Shown here: positions 12,307 to 25,139 of the stretch, in pieces
Numbering within the stretch: position 1 is the first letter of the stretch
Layout: every line of letters starts with the position of its first letter
Assembly: GCA_003427395.1 (NCBI GenBank)
Contig: BFEA01000035.1
Coordinates: 3,805,139 to 3,869,138, forward strand
Direction of reading: 5' to 3'
DNA: 64,000 nt
Source of the DNA: Chara braunii
Lineage: Eukaryota; Plantae; Charophyceae
Program-made: the position numbers and the translations under genes
The notes under the pieces: generated by a model
Told to the model about the DNA's origin: nothing
Databases searched by the model: none
What the model saw: the letters and a program-made list of their open reading frames with translations, nothing else

Positions 12307-12814
12307 TGTTATCACGCTTAGCCCGAGTACGCACACCGGGTTCACCCGTGCTCCTTAGTCCGTTGCGGCGACACGTCAACCCCGCACACTCCCCACCCGC
12401 TCGTTGGATCGCCCAACTTCGAACTCACCTCTTCGCATGCTCACACTCGTTAGCCAATTCTCTCAACCGCGCTAACTCTTCCAAGTTTATATTAGAGAGT
12501 GATTTAATCACGCTTGTAAATATAGCAATTAGCATTTGAGCGAGATAGTCGGGATCACGCTTAGGCCGGGAAGAGAGAAAGGAAGGAGGTGGCTACAGTC
12601 GGCATGCCTAGGCCGCGGCACGAGGGACGGAGCCACTCCCCAAGCATCGATTCGGTCATGTACCCTTCTGGCCAATGAGACGAAGGGGGAGGGGCCGCAT
12701 GTTTCGACACGAAGAGAAGCCAAGACGGAGAAGATTACAGTTACGCTCGCATTTGCCAAGAAAGGAACAAGAGGAAATTACAGTTGAGATTATAATTAAG
12801 GTGTGGCGGGAATA
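12307..12814. mobile_element. Possible solo LTR
   Basis: Begins TGTTATCACGC and ends GCGGGAATA (possibly a decayed ACA). Flanked by GAGT on both sides. Non-coding. Confidence 0.25.
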
Positions 12815-12989
12815 GAGTGCACGACAGTGCAACAAAGTGTGCGCGAGTAAGGAGCATCATTCAGTTATAAAAGAAAAGTACGATGGCCCCAAAATCCTAG
12901 TCTAATTAGAGTCCTAATTCCAAATATACGCGCGGTCTCCCGCTTTCTTTCCAAAGAGTTCAAAAATTCAAAAAGATTCCCTCACATGA

Positions 12990-13400
12990 TGATCGCACCA
13001 AAGCTCCGTGTCCAGATGGTTTCAAACTCTCAAGGCGAAACCCGCCAAGTCAGCGTCGGTTGCAGTCCAAGTTTGAGCATTGGTGCCTGCGCACCAATAG
13101 TTGGTTGATTGACATAACGTCCCTTGAACAAAACGGTCTGGCCCTACCTTGGTGTAAACTCTGCAGCACATCCTTTCCGGCACATAAAGTCCCAGAAACA
13201 ATTGTCAATGAGCACATCTTCCTACACTACCAGTTCTCGGGCCCCATCTGGCTCGGGAGGTGGTGGGACTGTACCCTAGAAACTGTTTTCTAGGCCATAT
13301 GGTGGCAACGCTGTATTTTCGAAACGGAAGGTGTTTGCCTAGAGCGGCCCAAATTTGCAGATACAATCAAGCAGCAAACACAAGTATGGGGAAATTTCAT
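12990..13400 (+). pseudogene. LINE ORF2 C-terminal (zf-RVT) fragment
   Basis: EHWCLRTNSWLID...WCKLC...PET...EHIF is homologous to 22120-22270 (EHRCLPMNDRLID...WCVSC...EHIFVQC). Confidence 0.75.
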
Positions 13401-14189
13401 TAAATGTTGACAATTTTTACTACGGGATCTTTGGATTCTCGTTGGTGTGGTACCACCGTGGAGTTATTTCCTGAGTTCCCATGGTGTCGAATTTAATTTC
13501 ATCGTCTCCTGAAGGTTTCGGTCCTTGCCTGAGTAACTTCTCAAGCAATCTAGTGCGGCGTGGATTCTCAAGTCTCGGGCTCGCTGTTGACATCGAGCAC
13601 GAATTCAGCCGTGGCTTACTGTCCATGTATACGCTCGCCGCCTGCTTGAGACGTGGACAGTAACGTATGGCCCAAAATGGGATCTGCTTCACGTATCAAA
13701 CCACAACAACAGAGATGGCCACTGCAAGGTTTGCTTGGGGGAGGTGGCTAAAGAGGCAGCCTAATGTTGGACTGGTAATCCTGTGTTCTCAACCGAAGCC
13801 CGGTAATGGCCCCAGTATCATAGAGAATGAATCATGTCCAATTGGTTCACTGTCTATTTGTTGTATCTGGGACACGGGACCCGATTCCCAACAGGTGCAG
13901 CTCCTTACATCTAGAGTGGAGTGTCCGGGGCCGGCCCACTCGAGAAAGGTGTTCGCACCATTTCCTTTAGCAGATCAGCGCTGATGTTACAAAAAAAAAA
14001 TAAAGAGGGGAGTATAAGTTGGATGAGTCTCTTACCAATTCTCAATTTGATCCGCCGGATGACTTGACCAAGTTTGTGGATGCGATTGACTGGACTACTA
14101 CCTAGTAATCTGGCTACCAAGGCTGCCACTTACCCTTTGATGGCCCAACAATGGATATGATAAGGAAAAAAGAAATGGAATACACAAGG

Positions 14190-14340
14190 AATGATTGTAA
14201 GGTGTTGGAATATCAATGGTCTAGGGAACATTCTAATAAAGAAGAAAAATTCAACGACATCAGTAAAGGCGTAAATGGTTATAGCCGCTCTACAAACGAA
14301 GGGACTGATATTATTTGATTACAAAAAACACACTTCACCA
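14190..14340 (+). pseudogene. LINE APE endonuclease N-terminal fragment
   Basis: Translates as MIVRCWNINGL...TDII*LQKTH, matching the WNxNG and DIxxLQET motifs. Confidence 0.65.
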
Positions 14341-14895
14341 ATTTGGTTGAACATTGAAAAATCAGAACTTCAGAAGAAAATTTGTCCGGAAGTTGAGTGA
14401 AACCAAGGATGAAGTATGGTCATCCAATATTCTCAAGCACGAAAGGGAAAACAATCCTTATACCAAATACCTTCCGATTCTAGATTGCAGGAGTGGTCCT
14501 TGGAATAGTGGTAGATGTTGTCTCATGGACTTAGACCGCCAGTACACTACCTACAATCTTCAACCGAATAAAATGCACGTTTGTTAATTACAAATAGAAT
14601 GCACGGGACGCGTTCTATTTGAATATAATGCACGTGGGTTATATTACGAATACATGATACCAACTTTCGAAAACGAGGCCCCCAAAAAAGATAGTACCCT
14701 GTATTTGTATTTGTCCTTCGAGATTGACATGGTGTTTGTGCAAAAATGACAGGAATGTAAACAAACAAACAAACAAACAAACAATTACATCAGCCTGTTA
14801 AGAAATGGGGCGAGAGTAATTGGGGGGGGCGCAAGTGAGCAGGAGTGATCCTAAGGGAGTGGGTGGGAGAAAGCAAGGAGTGATAGGGCAATTCC

Positions 14896-14897
<2 letters not shown>

Positions 14898-14974
<77 letters not shown>
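14898..14974. repeat. (GA)n microsatellite; (AAAC)n at about 14758-14783
   Basis: Read directly from the sequence. Confidence 0.95.
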
Positions 14975-14977
<3 letters not shown>

Positions 14978-17900
14978 TCATCCATATGTTCTATTTGAAT
15001 ACAACACCCATCTGTTCGAATAGAATATACATACGTTGTCGAGCGCATCGGTCCCGTAAAGAGGACCCTCTCGACCATGTGACGCAGGACTTCTTACTAA
15101 GTTCTTCATAGTGGAGTTTTTGCCGCTCCGACCGAGTGCGCCAACTACACCTCTCACGAACCCTTATAACAGAATAAGAATCACACGAGGCACAACTTTA
15201 CCTCTGCCCAAGAGGTTGTCACCACCCTTGGACAGACGTATCCCCACTAAGCTACCGAACCGTGTGTGAAAGCTGCTCGAGTGCAATCTTAGAGGTGGTC
15301 AAGCCGAGGGCGTTTCTCATACGTTGTAACATAGGGGGTACGAGTGGTTGAACGCCTTAATTAGACTCGTACGCGAACCTACGCTCTGGGGACTGATCTC
15401 CCAAGTGTGGCTCTACACCGGTCAACTAGGTCGGTCTAGCTAGCAACACGATACACTTCACAAAAGTAAACCAAACTTCGTACATAAATCGCGCCTAGTC
15501 CCTTTTTACATCGGACCCACAACCTTTTGACGACAAAATAAGTGAGTGTCACGCGCAACATTACTAAATAAATATCGCGGCGAGGTAGGCTTTGTCATAT
15601 CGACTAGCTATACATGAATATACAAGCAATCGCAAGGATGGCGTACTATGTGGTACCCATAACTATGCAGTCGTCAATAATTTTGAGGTTCGCTGCCGAC
15701 ACTCAAGTGTCGTTTCACACGTGTCCTTAGGGGTTGATCCCTCGACGCTAGACAATCACAAGTGCGATTGCGATACCTACCCTCTTCCGCATACTGCATG
15801 ACACCATCCCAATCTATAGCCAAAATATCGAGAAATCCTAGGCTACCTGAGTGGTCCGGGACCACTTATCTTTGTTATTATTATTTTTATTTGGTAAATA
15901 ATTTTGATGTGACCCTGAGGCAAAAGTTTTCAGTTTATTTTTCTCCACAACATAGTTTCTTTCCAGACTTTTTGGATTTTTTTTATTTTTTTTTGACCGT
16001 CTTTGGCCCTTCCACGACAAGGTTGCCCGGTCAAACAAGGTGACTCCGTCGTCCTGATTGATAGCCCAGGAGCAATCTAATTTCTTCCCCCGCACACATC
16101 ACATGGTAATTATTGTTGTATTGGACTGAAAGATACCCCACATACAACTATAATGACCGTACGATGTATTCAGTGGAAGAAGGTAGCCAATGGTAGAAAA
16201 AATACTACGGAAGCAAGCCCTTAAAGTAGCCCTTAGGACTGCAAGAAACAATCAGCTTCTGATCAACAACCCATATCTATATTATACTAAGAGCTCTTTG
16301 AGAAAGTGGAAAATGAACTTGACATCTAAAGACAATGGGAAGTCAAGGAACTGCAAACCAGAGCCAGAATGATGGAACGAAAAGTAAGCGGATCGATGAC
16401 GAAATATTTTTTTCAAGTTTTTTGCCAGGAGAAAAACAAATAATATATTTAATTTCATAGAATGACTGAAAGAATTGTAAGAAACTCGAAAAACACGAGC
16501 ATATAATAAGGGCACGCTAGAAATAGTGAAACTCCTATCACGAGGTATGTCAAACCAAAACCTCTCATTTTCTACCACACGAGTCTAGGTCCAAGATTTT
16601 ACAATATTTACATCGAATGATTTTTATAGAACAGGAAGAGACATTTAAACAAAACGATCATGGTGGAAGAAGTGCAGTTTCCAACTTCGCAGTCATTACC
16701 GGAAGACTGTTGAAGGACCTGATTAAGGCCACACAATGGAGGACGGTGGACCTGGGCCACGTTGGCTGGATCTACGTTGAAGACCACTCAAAGGATGGCA
16801 GCAGGTAGGGTGGGTGTGGGAAAAGATGGGAGAACCTGATTGGGAAACGCACCCTCCGGATACATGGATCCCCCCATCTCTGTTGGAGGACAAGTTACAC
16901 CAGGAGAATCCCCCGATGGATGCCCCGCGCGAGGAGGGGGTTGAAAAACGGTGGGAAAAATGAGGGGAAAGCGTGCTTGGGTCCCGAAAAACCCCCACGG
17001 AGTGTCGGCCCCTGGGAAGTCAAGCAGGCGCAGGTCGAGCAGCTGCAGGCGGTGCATGAGGGGTCAGGAGAAGAGATAGAGACTGTAATGGGCACAGGGG
17101 CGCACAACATTATCGGCCCCATGCCAGAGGGATATGTCTAGGAGGCAGGAGGTGGTAGACATTGTGGAAGGTAGTGCTAGGGATCGATCGATCGCCGAGA
17201 AGGTCCCTGTGACCCTTGAGGAGATGAAGACGAGTGGACAACAACTACCGGCGGTCCCAAGGAAATGGAGACGGATGACGGTATTCCGTCACGACCAGTT
17301 GCGGCTGTAGATGTGGACCCATTCGATGCGGTGTTCGGTCTGGAGCCAATGGCCGTTGACCTGCTTTCGGACACCGCACGCATGACTCTGGGGGGGCTAC
17401 AACTCAAAATAGACAAGTCTGAAGGAGGGGAGGAGGGGGGCGCACCACTGCATATACCCATGAAAAAGAAACTGGTGGTTGTGGCTGGTTGGCTGATGGC
17501 CAACTCGAAAGCGAAATATGGTCCAGTTTTCGACGGGTTCTGGGATAGCACGTATCTTGAGTTCTTCCCGATGTTGGACATGAGCACCTCCCTCAAAGGC
17601 GTTTTGGAACACGGGATGCAAACCAATATGACATGGGTGGAGGCGTTGCACAGATTAAATTATATTATCTTCTCCTGATTTCGACCACTGGAGACCGCTT
17701 TGCTGAAGACGGCGTCTGCAAGTGAGGAGACCGTGTTACCCGGGGACCCCCCTTCTCTTCCCGCGGATCCGAATCCGCCCGATACCGACGAAGATATACC
17801 AATAGACCAGATGCGAAAGAGAAGGCTCAGACACTTGGTGGAGAGGGGCCAGGACAGGGGGCCTTTATTACTGGACGCGGTGTTGCTGATACTGGTACGT

Positions 17901-18462
17901 AGGAAGGAAGGGAGACGGGAGGTGGGGCTATCCCATGTTGAAGGAGGTAAGCAAGGAGGAATCACCTTGCAGGGGCGGTCCTCCTTTTGTGTAGACCCGT
18001 GTAATCGACATTAAGAGGCTGCGATACAACTTATGAAAATAAATTTATCATCATACATTGCAGAGTCCTTATAGCCGAGTGCGCAGGCCATGTGAATGGC
18101 CGCGTCAGAGCCCACTAGAATCTCGCAAATGGACGTGTTTGTCCCTTTCGATCAGTCCAAAGAAGCGGGTATGCAATGGTTCTCCCATAATCAGTTGTTG
18201 GACCTTCAGACTGTTAGGATTAGACCTAACGAGATGTGGACGAAACTAGACATGTAGAAGGGGTAATGTGCATTGTTGATAAATAACCTGCTGACAGGCG
18301 CAAAGGGCAAGGAGGAGGAGCAACCGAAGTGGGAGAATATATGGGAAACCAACTAAATAGGAACACGAAACAAAATTTTGAAGGGTAGAGATGGATCCAG
18401 TTAAGGCGGTCTATGGTAAAGACAAGATTTGGAATTAGTGTCAAAGGGCAACTGATCTTGAC

Positions 18463-21400
18463 TTATGTTCTCTCAATGTAAATGGGTTGGTCGGCATTAG
18501 ACCGGAGAAAGGACAAACGATTTGTGACCTTATTAATAGAGTGGGAGGAGGAACCGGGTCAGACATAATTTGCGTCCAGGAGACGTTACCAGAACATAAT
18601 CGAATAAATAAATTCCTCTGGACGCATAAAGCCTTTAGAGCATATGCCCCAAGGCCCGGGAGTGCAGGGGTCGCTATCTGGATCCCTTTTGGGTCCTGTG
18701 TGAAACTGATCCACTGGTGGTGGATCAAGAAGGAGGCAGATGGGTGTCAGTTTTGCCAGTGCTTCTGTATAATTTGTATTGATGCCCCCAATGTGGTAGG
18801 GGAGAGGACAACATTTTTTTAAAATATTAAAGCCCAGATCCCAACTGGAATACTAGTTATTATATCGAGTGATTTTCACGCGGCCCAGGACCGATGGATG
18901 GATAGATGGTGGACACCGTGCCCCGCCCTACCCTACATAGAGGAAGACGAGCGAATAATCAAAGATTCGTGTTTTTCCTTCAAGTTCCTTGATACATTCC
19001 ACAACCTCCACCCGGATACGTACTTCTACTCATGTTTGTGGAAAATAGGGACAGAGGGTCACTCAAGATCCAGAATCGATCTCATCCTCATTTCAGAGGA
19101 CTTGCAGGGGACGCTCCTCTTAGCGACTACTCTACCACCACAAAGTCCATACCCAGATCGGGACCACGAAATGAGCTTGATTATTTTATCATTTCACAAA
19201 AAAACAGACCGAGGATCTAGTTTTTACAAGTTAAATGTTTCCCTCCTTCTGCATAAGTCACTTATGAAGTATCTTGAGGATTGTTGTTTTTTTTGGTACA
19301 CAAATCAATAATATATCCCAATTTGAAACAAGATTGACTGGTTTAATAACGTTTTGTTCTTCCTTAATCATCAAAACTGGCTTCCCGAAGACACGAACGA
19401 GAAATTGTAATTCTTCAACAACGACAATAACTTAAACAACAAGAACAATCGGAGGATACACACACGCAGTCTCTGAATCATCTTTACACCACCAACTGAA
19501 GTTCTTCGCCATGCAGTGATGGGAGGGCACGCACATTAAGGGTAGATTAACAGATATCAGGTCGAGGATTCAATGGACAAAAAGTTTTCTGAACTTGTCC
19601 GGGTTCGTACAAGCAGAATGGTCATAGAGACCTTGTATAACCCTCAGTAAGGAAGTGACAATGTTGTTACCACCACCCCCAAATGTGTACAGGTAGCGAG
19701 GTCCTTGAAAATGACCTCTTTACCTCGAGATGCTCCCAACGAAGTATGGCTATTAGGGAGAAGGAGATCGCAATTTTTCCTGAAACCACTCACTAAACGC
19801 TTGTCGGTTCATGAGAAAGAACAATTAGATCACCAACTCTCCCAAGAAGAAATCCAGACAACCTTGAGCCAGGTGAATGAGGAAAAGACACTTGACCTCG
19901 ATGAACTTCCCAAGGAGTTTCGAGAAACGATATGGGATCAGATGACTCTATATCTGATGGAGATTATCTCCATGTGTGGGAGACGGGCGACATGGGGTAA
20001 TTGGTGGGCTAGGGGTCCTTACTTTACTACATAAAAAGAGGGATAAGATAGATATCAGGAATTATCGCCTCATAACTTTTCTTATGATGGTATACAAAAT
20101 GCTCGCATAGGCTTTGGCCAACCGTTTGATCCCGATTTTGGATGACTTGATTCACCCCACAAAAACGAGGCTTATGAAGGGGTGGAGGATCCAGAATAAT
20201 ATCCTTCTGGTAAATGAGGTTTTGCTGCTAACCAGACAGAATAAATGTGATGCAACAGTTATCTTCATAGATTTCAAAAAAACCTACCATCACGTAGACT
20301 GGACATTTTTAGAAAATGCATGGAAAAAATGAATTTTGGCCTAAAGTTACGCACATGGACCGCAATTCTCCACCATAATGCCTCCACATGGATTCAAGTT
20401 AATCGGGTGTTTGCTCAGGAGATCTCTCTCCGAAGATCGGTTTGTCAAGGGGACCCTTTGACCCCCTTCCTATTTGTAACAGTAATAGAAGCGTTGACCG
20501 CAAACCTCCGTGCTAATAAGGACATAAAGAAACTCAGGGTCTCCGTGATCCCCGAGGAAGCAATTCAAGTTAATTTGCTCTATGTTTGCAGACGACTTAA
20601 AAGTCATGGTGGATGTTCCTTCGAGAATATGGGGGAGATCAGGCGGCTAATGGACAAGTTTACGGCGGTGTCTAACATGACAATTAATTGGGGGAGTAAG
20701 ACACTTGGTTGGTGGATTTATCATCAAGGGGTGCACCCTTCTGAGCTACCGCGGATCAAATGGCTATCAGAAACAACCCCAATCAGAGTATTAGGCATCA
20801 TGATGACAACATCAGGAAAACCGACATTTAATGATGATTCTATCTTGAAATCCACACTTAAGAAAATCACTCAATGAAATGATAAATATACATCGCTGAT
20901 AGGCAGAGCGCCGACCATTAACAATTTGGTTTTGGCTTTGGTATGGTACAGGTTGGTGATATGGGCACTGAGCAAGGAAGCAATTAGAGCGTTAAAGAGG
21001 CAGGTGTCGACGATGTTATGGAGAGGGCGTAACAAACTTCCAAACGTTATCAACAGAATGACCTGGTCGACAGTTATTCAACCCAAGGTTAAAAGAGGAT
21101 TAAACATTCTGGACCCCGTTATACAGATCACAACACTAACCATACAATGGATTAAGAGGCCCATATTTCCGTGGAGTGCCATGACTCTGGAATAGATCGC
21201 AAGACTAGCTCCCCAGTCCCCACTGGAGGTGGATCCCTTGTCTTCGTTAGAGGATCACTTTTGGACTATTCCATGACATTCTAAAACTCAAGGGGAATCC
21301 GACCGCGGGAGGGCCAAAATGGACTTAATGAAGGATGATTTTTGTGTCAAAGGCCTACGAGCATGGCGCCAACTTCTGTTGCCTGACAAGGGGACACCGG

Positions 21401-22495
21401 ACATATGGGAAGAGATAGTGAGGCAACCTCTCTTCGGCAATATGAATGTCACTAACCAAAAAGGGAGGGTATACCCCCATGGAACCACTATGTTTAGAGA
21501 GGGGAAACGAGAATTCATGATATATGGGATGGGGACAAAACGAAATGGAAAACATTGACAAGAACCTGGATCAACTTATTTTTTATATTCCTTAAGATTG
21601 GGTGCATATTTTGCGTAGGGGACTAAGACTCCAAAAAAAAGGGGATTGGGTAGGAATGGAGGGGGACAGAGAGAAAATAGGCAGGGTGGTGGAAGCACAA
21701 GAGGGAGAAGTGAAAGTGACCCTGTTCCATCAAAAAACAGATAATCAGCTTATAAGGTATCCACAAAATGAGAGGACAAGGCGGCAGAAGGAGGACGCGT
21801 ACAAAATTAGGGTCCTTAGGGAACAAGAAGAATGGGTGGCTTACCTCCCGGAAACCCCGCTCGCCAAGCTTCCCATTGACCCAGCGGAGTGGCAATGGAA
21901 CCCATAAAGCAAAACAAGATCGGGAGAAATTAAAAAATTATTTGTTGTGTATGTGAAAGCTACATATCGGCTCCTTAGGCCCCGGGTTGACATAAACAGC
22001 ACCGTGCGAGAGCGCAGGATGTCCCATCCTAGTGTAGGAAGGGACAACCTTCGCCCCGTCTGGTGGTTCACTACCACAAGAGTCAGGCCGATAAAGATAA
22101 CCTCCCTACAATTGCAGATAGAGCACCGTTGTCTCCCCATGAATGATCGGCTGATAGATCGATCCTATTTGGAACAAAAAGGTTTAGCAACAACATGGTG
22201 CGTGTCCTGCCCGACAACCTTTCCTGCCCGCAAGATCCCTTAGACCATGGAGCACATTTTCGTACAATGTTATGGGGGGATTCTCACTTGGCATTGGTAG
22301 GATAGGATTTGACGACTGATGGACACAAAGTCTGAGTGGCCATGGGACTAGAGAGCGTTTTTATGTGAAGCATGACTCTCCCCTAAAAATAACACTTTTG
22401 AAGAGAATATGTTCAAGATTGGGAGGCAAGCAGTCATTTGGGCCCTTTGGAGGAAACGGTGGATATTAACTATTGAAAAAGTCAGACTCAAGGGC
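18463..22495 (+). pseudogene. LINE-A ORF2 (APE endonuclease - RT - zf-RVT), with many stops and frameshifts
   Basis: LCSLNVNGL, DIICVQET, SRIDLILIS, DRDH; IDFKKTYHHVDW, RRSVCQGDPLTPFL, FADD (about 20585); RGLNILD; CVSC...EHIFVQC. The C-terminus resumes at 23340. Confidence 0.9.
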
Positions 22496-23334
22496 AACCA
22501 GGGGCGGTACTAATGTGGCGTTGGTGGGACCGCATTTGGTCTCCACTAGGTATTGAGGAGGAGTGGCCATGGGAATGGGAAACAATCCTACTAGGAGAAT
22601 GGGGAAGGCCGCTAGCTTCCAGCTTCACCAACAATCTGTTCGTCACGACCAGAAAGGCGGTGGTCTGGACGTTGTGGACAAGATGTATTTTTTATCAGGA
22701 AGGGGCTAGGATGGGGAAAGGGGAACGACATAAATAGTCAGACAATTCATAGAAACTGAAATAAGAGTGCAATGGAAAAAAGTTTAGGAAAAGATAGCAC
22801 ATTTGACACAGAAAGTAGACATTACAAAAGAAATCAACTTTCATGCAGACTGGCCGGGAGGGGAAAGGGGAGGCAGAATGACACACATCGATTGGCTTGG
22901 GGAAAAAGGGAATGAAAAGGAAGGTAATGAATTCACCAAGGATTACAAACTCAAGTTCCACGAATGACTTCAGGTCAATCTCGACATTCTAATGAAGAGT
23001 TTAGGGGAATTTCCAGATATGTTTCCCCCGACAACCACAACAATCGTAGAACTGCAATGGTTTGGGCAGGAGTAAGGAAAGAGCAAAGTAGTTTTCTGCT
23101 TAAAGGGCACTAGATTTTCAGGGCTGATCAGGCGCCTTCAGTGGGTTGAAGAGGTACCCTAAGGCAGCAGTCATCACAGTGGTTTAGGCTTATCAATAAA
23201 TAAGATCAATGTAATTGGACGCTGGACCCTTTTTTCCGCAGGTGAAGTTCCCCACCAATAGATGGAGCCTCCCGGGGAAATGCTAGAGGGGTCTGCTCTT
23301 ATCATCTCCTCTAGCATCAACCCTGGTGTTCCTG
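22496..23334 (+). mobile_element. 5'-truncated LINE (LINE-C family) nested in LINE-A ORF2
   Basis: Matches the reverse complement of about 37210-38090. Flanked by AGGGC (22491-22495 and 23335-23339). Removing it restores KVRLKG-EVITELIK in frame. Confidence 0.72.
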
Positions 23335-24014
23335 AGGGCGAGGTAATTACGGAACTAATTAAACAATATTTTCAGGAATAACTCGTCATACAATGGCAGG
23401 CAGTGAAAGCTAAATTATATCTGATCACACAGAAGGACATAACAATGACTATTAAGCCGTTCTCATTGGACTGGCTGTGGAATGAGTAGGGGGGCTGGAT
23501 GGGTTATGTTCGTTGGGAAGGAGGCAGTCTCCTGGAATGCGGAGAGGACACCTTGAGACGAGATGATATCATTTGTTTCAAGGACTGGACTAAGGTGGGT
23601 GCAACGCCCCCCTCGGAGTTCCTTGACCCTTTTCCGCCTCATGGCCTTTCAATGGTGGATCTCCATTGGTATGGAGCTTTCGCAAGGAAGTACCAAGGGT
23701 AGATGGCAGCATAGTTCAGGCGTTCGGCAGCAGGGCTGAAGAGGCCCTTTTTTCCTCCCTGCTTACACACTCATCGTTCTGCTCAATCAATTCCCTATCT
23801 TCAGGGTGATCAATGCTTGCAGGTGTTCAGGAACAATGTAGTGAGACCGTAATGAATGTCGTGTAAGGGACGTTGGGCCTGATTTCCAGCAGGTGTTGCT
23901 CCCCACCAATAGATGGAGCCTCGCCGGGGGAGACAGAGGCGTCTGCTCATACTAGCACCCCTAGCTCCCACGGGTAGTTCAAAAAAAAAAAAAAAAAAAA
24001 AAGTATAAACAAGG

Positions 24015-24460
24015 ACAACCACACCAGGAATTGATGGGTTGACCAAACTGTTCTGGAAATTTTATGGCCTTTGATGAGAAACAACCTATTGTAATTCTGC
24101 AAGGACAACCGACTAAGGGAGTTATAGGCTTATAGCACCAGTGTAGTGATTTCCAAAAAGGGAGATCATGAAAACATTAGGAACGACATACCTATCTCAC
24201 AACGCACCATCCTTTACAAAATACTTACCAAAGCTTTAGCCTTCCGAATTCCGGACTGGATTGATAAATGCTTTCCTATAAACCAAACTGGTTTTATTCT
24301 TTGGAGGTTCACGAAGCATTCAAGATGGTTAGGGAAAAAAGGATGAACAGAGCCATTATTTTTTTCAGTTTTGAGAAAGCCTAAGACCGTACGACGGAGT
24401 GAATTGGGGCTTCCTCAATGAAACTATGGAAAAAACTGGAAGTGGGCCCAAACTTCAGGA
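24015..24460 (+). pseudogene. LINE RT N-terminal fragment
   Basis: PGIDGL..., KKGDHENIRN..PIS...YKILTKALAFRI...NQTGFI. Confidence 0.75.
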
Positions 24461-24986
24461 AATGGGCATATATATATGTATACATATATATATAAATATT
24501 TTAAGTCCACGTTGTTGTAGAAGTTGACTACCAGGCATATGACACACCCGTCAACAACTAACCATTTGATCATCCTGATTGCCAAACCGGTCCCCCCTAT
24601 GAGACACCCTCCCACCCTTACTCATCATCACGATCCCCGACGTATCCCTACTCCCAAGGTCCTACCTGAGTATACACGGGATCATCACTAATTCTAGTGA
24701 CCTTTGACCGGAAAGCATCTCATATTGGCACCAAGGCTAAGCAGGTTCTCACCTCCCTTCCCAGCCCTGATTGAAGGACTCTCGAACGAGCCACGTCGTA
24801 CCGGCCACTTTGAGCGCTAGGGGTAAGCATGTCACTATAAGTCATATAGGTGAACCCTAGTTATTTTTCTGTTAGAGAGATCCTGACCTTATCATCATCA
24901 GATCCCCCTGGTTATTCTTTTTGAATTCTTGCGGAGGCTATTCGAACCTAGAGCATCTCGTCAAGTTGCTATTGTCCTCGGTAGGC

Positions 24987-25131
24987 TTACGACCACTATC
25001 CGCTCCCCATACCAGGTCCTCTATCATCAACTGGATGTCTAGGCATTTCGTTATCAATACCCAGAGTAGCTCGAGTTTTCGTCCTGAGTGGGTTTACGAC
25101 CACTATCCGCTCCCCATACCAGGTCCTCTAT
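24987..25131. repeat. 38-bp perfect direct repeat pair
   Basis: TTACGACCACTATCCGCTCCCCATACCAGGTCCTCTAT at 24987-25024 and 25094-25131. Confidence 0.85.
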
Positions 25132-25139
25132 AAGTCTGC

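Larger units (their letters stand above)
15920..24002 (+). mobile_element. Near full-length decayed L1/Tx1-clade LINE (LINE-A) with poly(A) tail
   Basis: ORF1-like region at about 16050-18430, then EN, RT and zinc finger in order, a conserved 3' motif, and A22 at 23981-24002. The 5' boundary is approximate. Confidence 0.88.

Noticed and set aside
14790-15111. ORFs rich in ER or SL repeats (also (TTTA)n at 10174-10371 and antisense or alternative frames over (GAT)n at about 48160)
   Set aside because: Translations of microsatellites.
15064-15560. Possible minus-strand LTR with a PBS (TGGTCGAGAGGG next to TGTGAC)
   Set aside because: No matching tRNA recognised, and no second copy, TSD or clear far end.
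24987-25131. 38-bp repeats as a CRISPR-like array
   Set aside because: Only two copies, eukaryotic context, and no cas genes.
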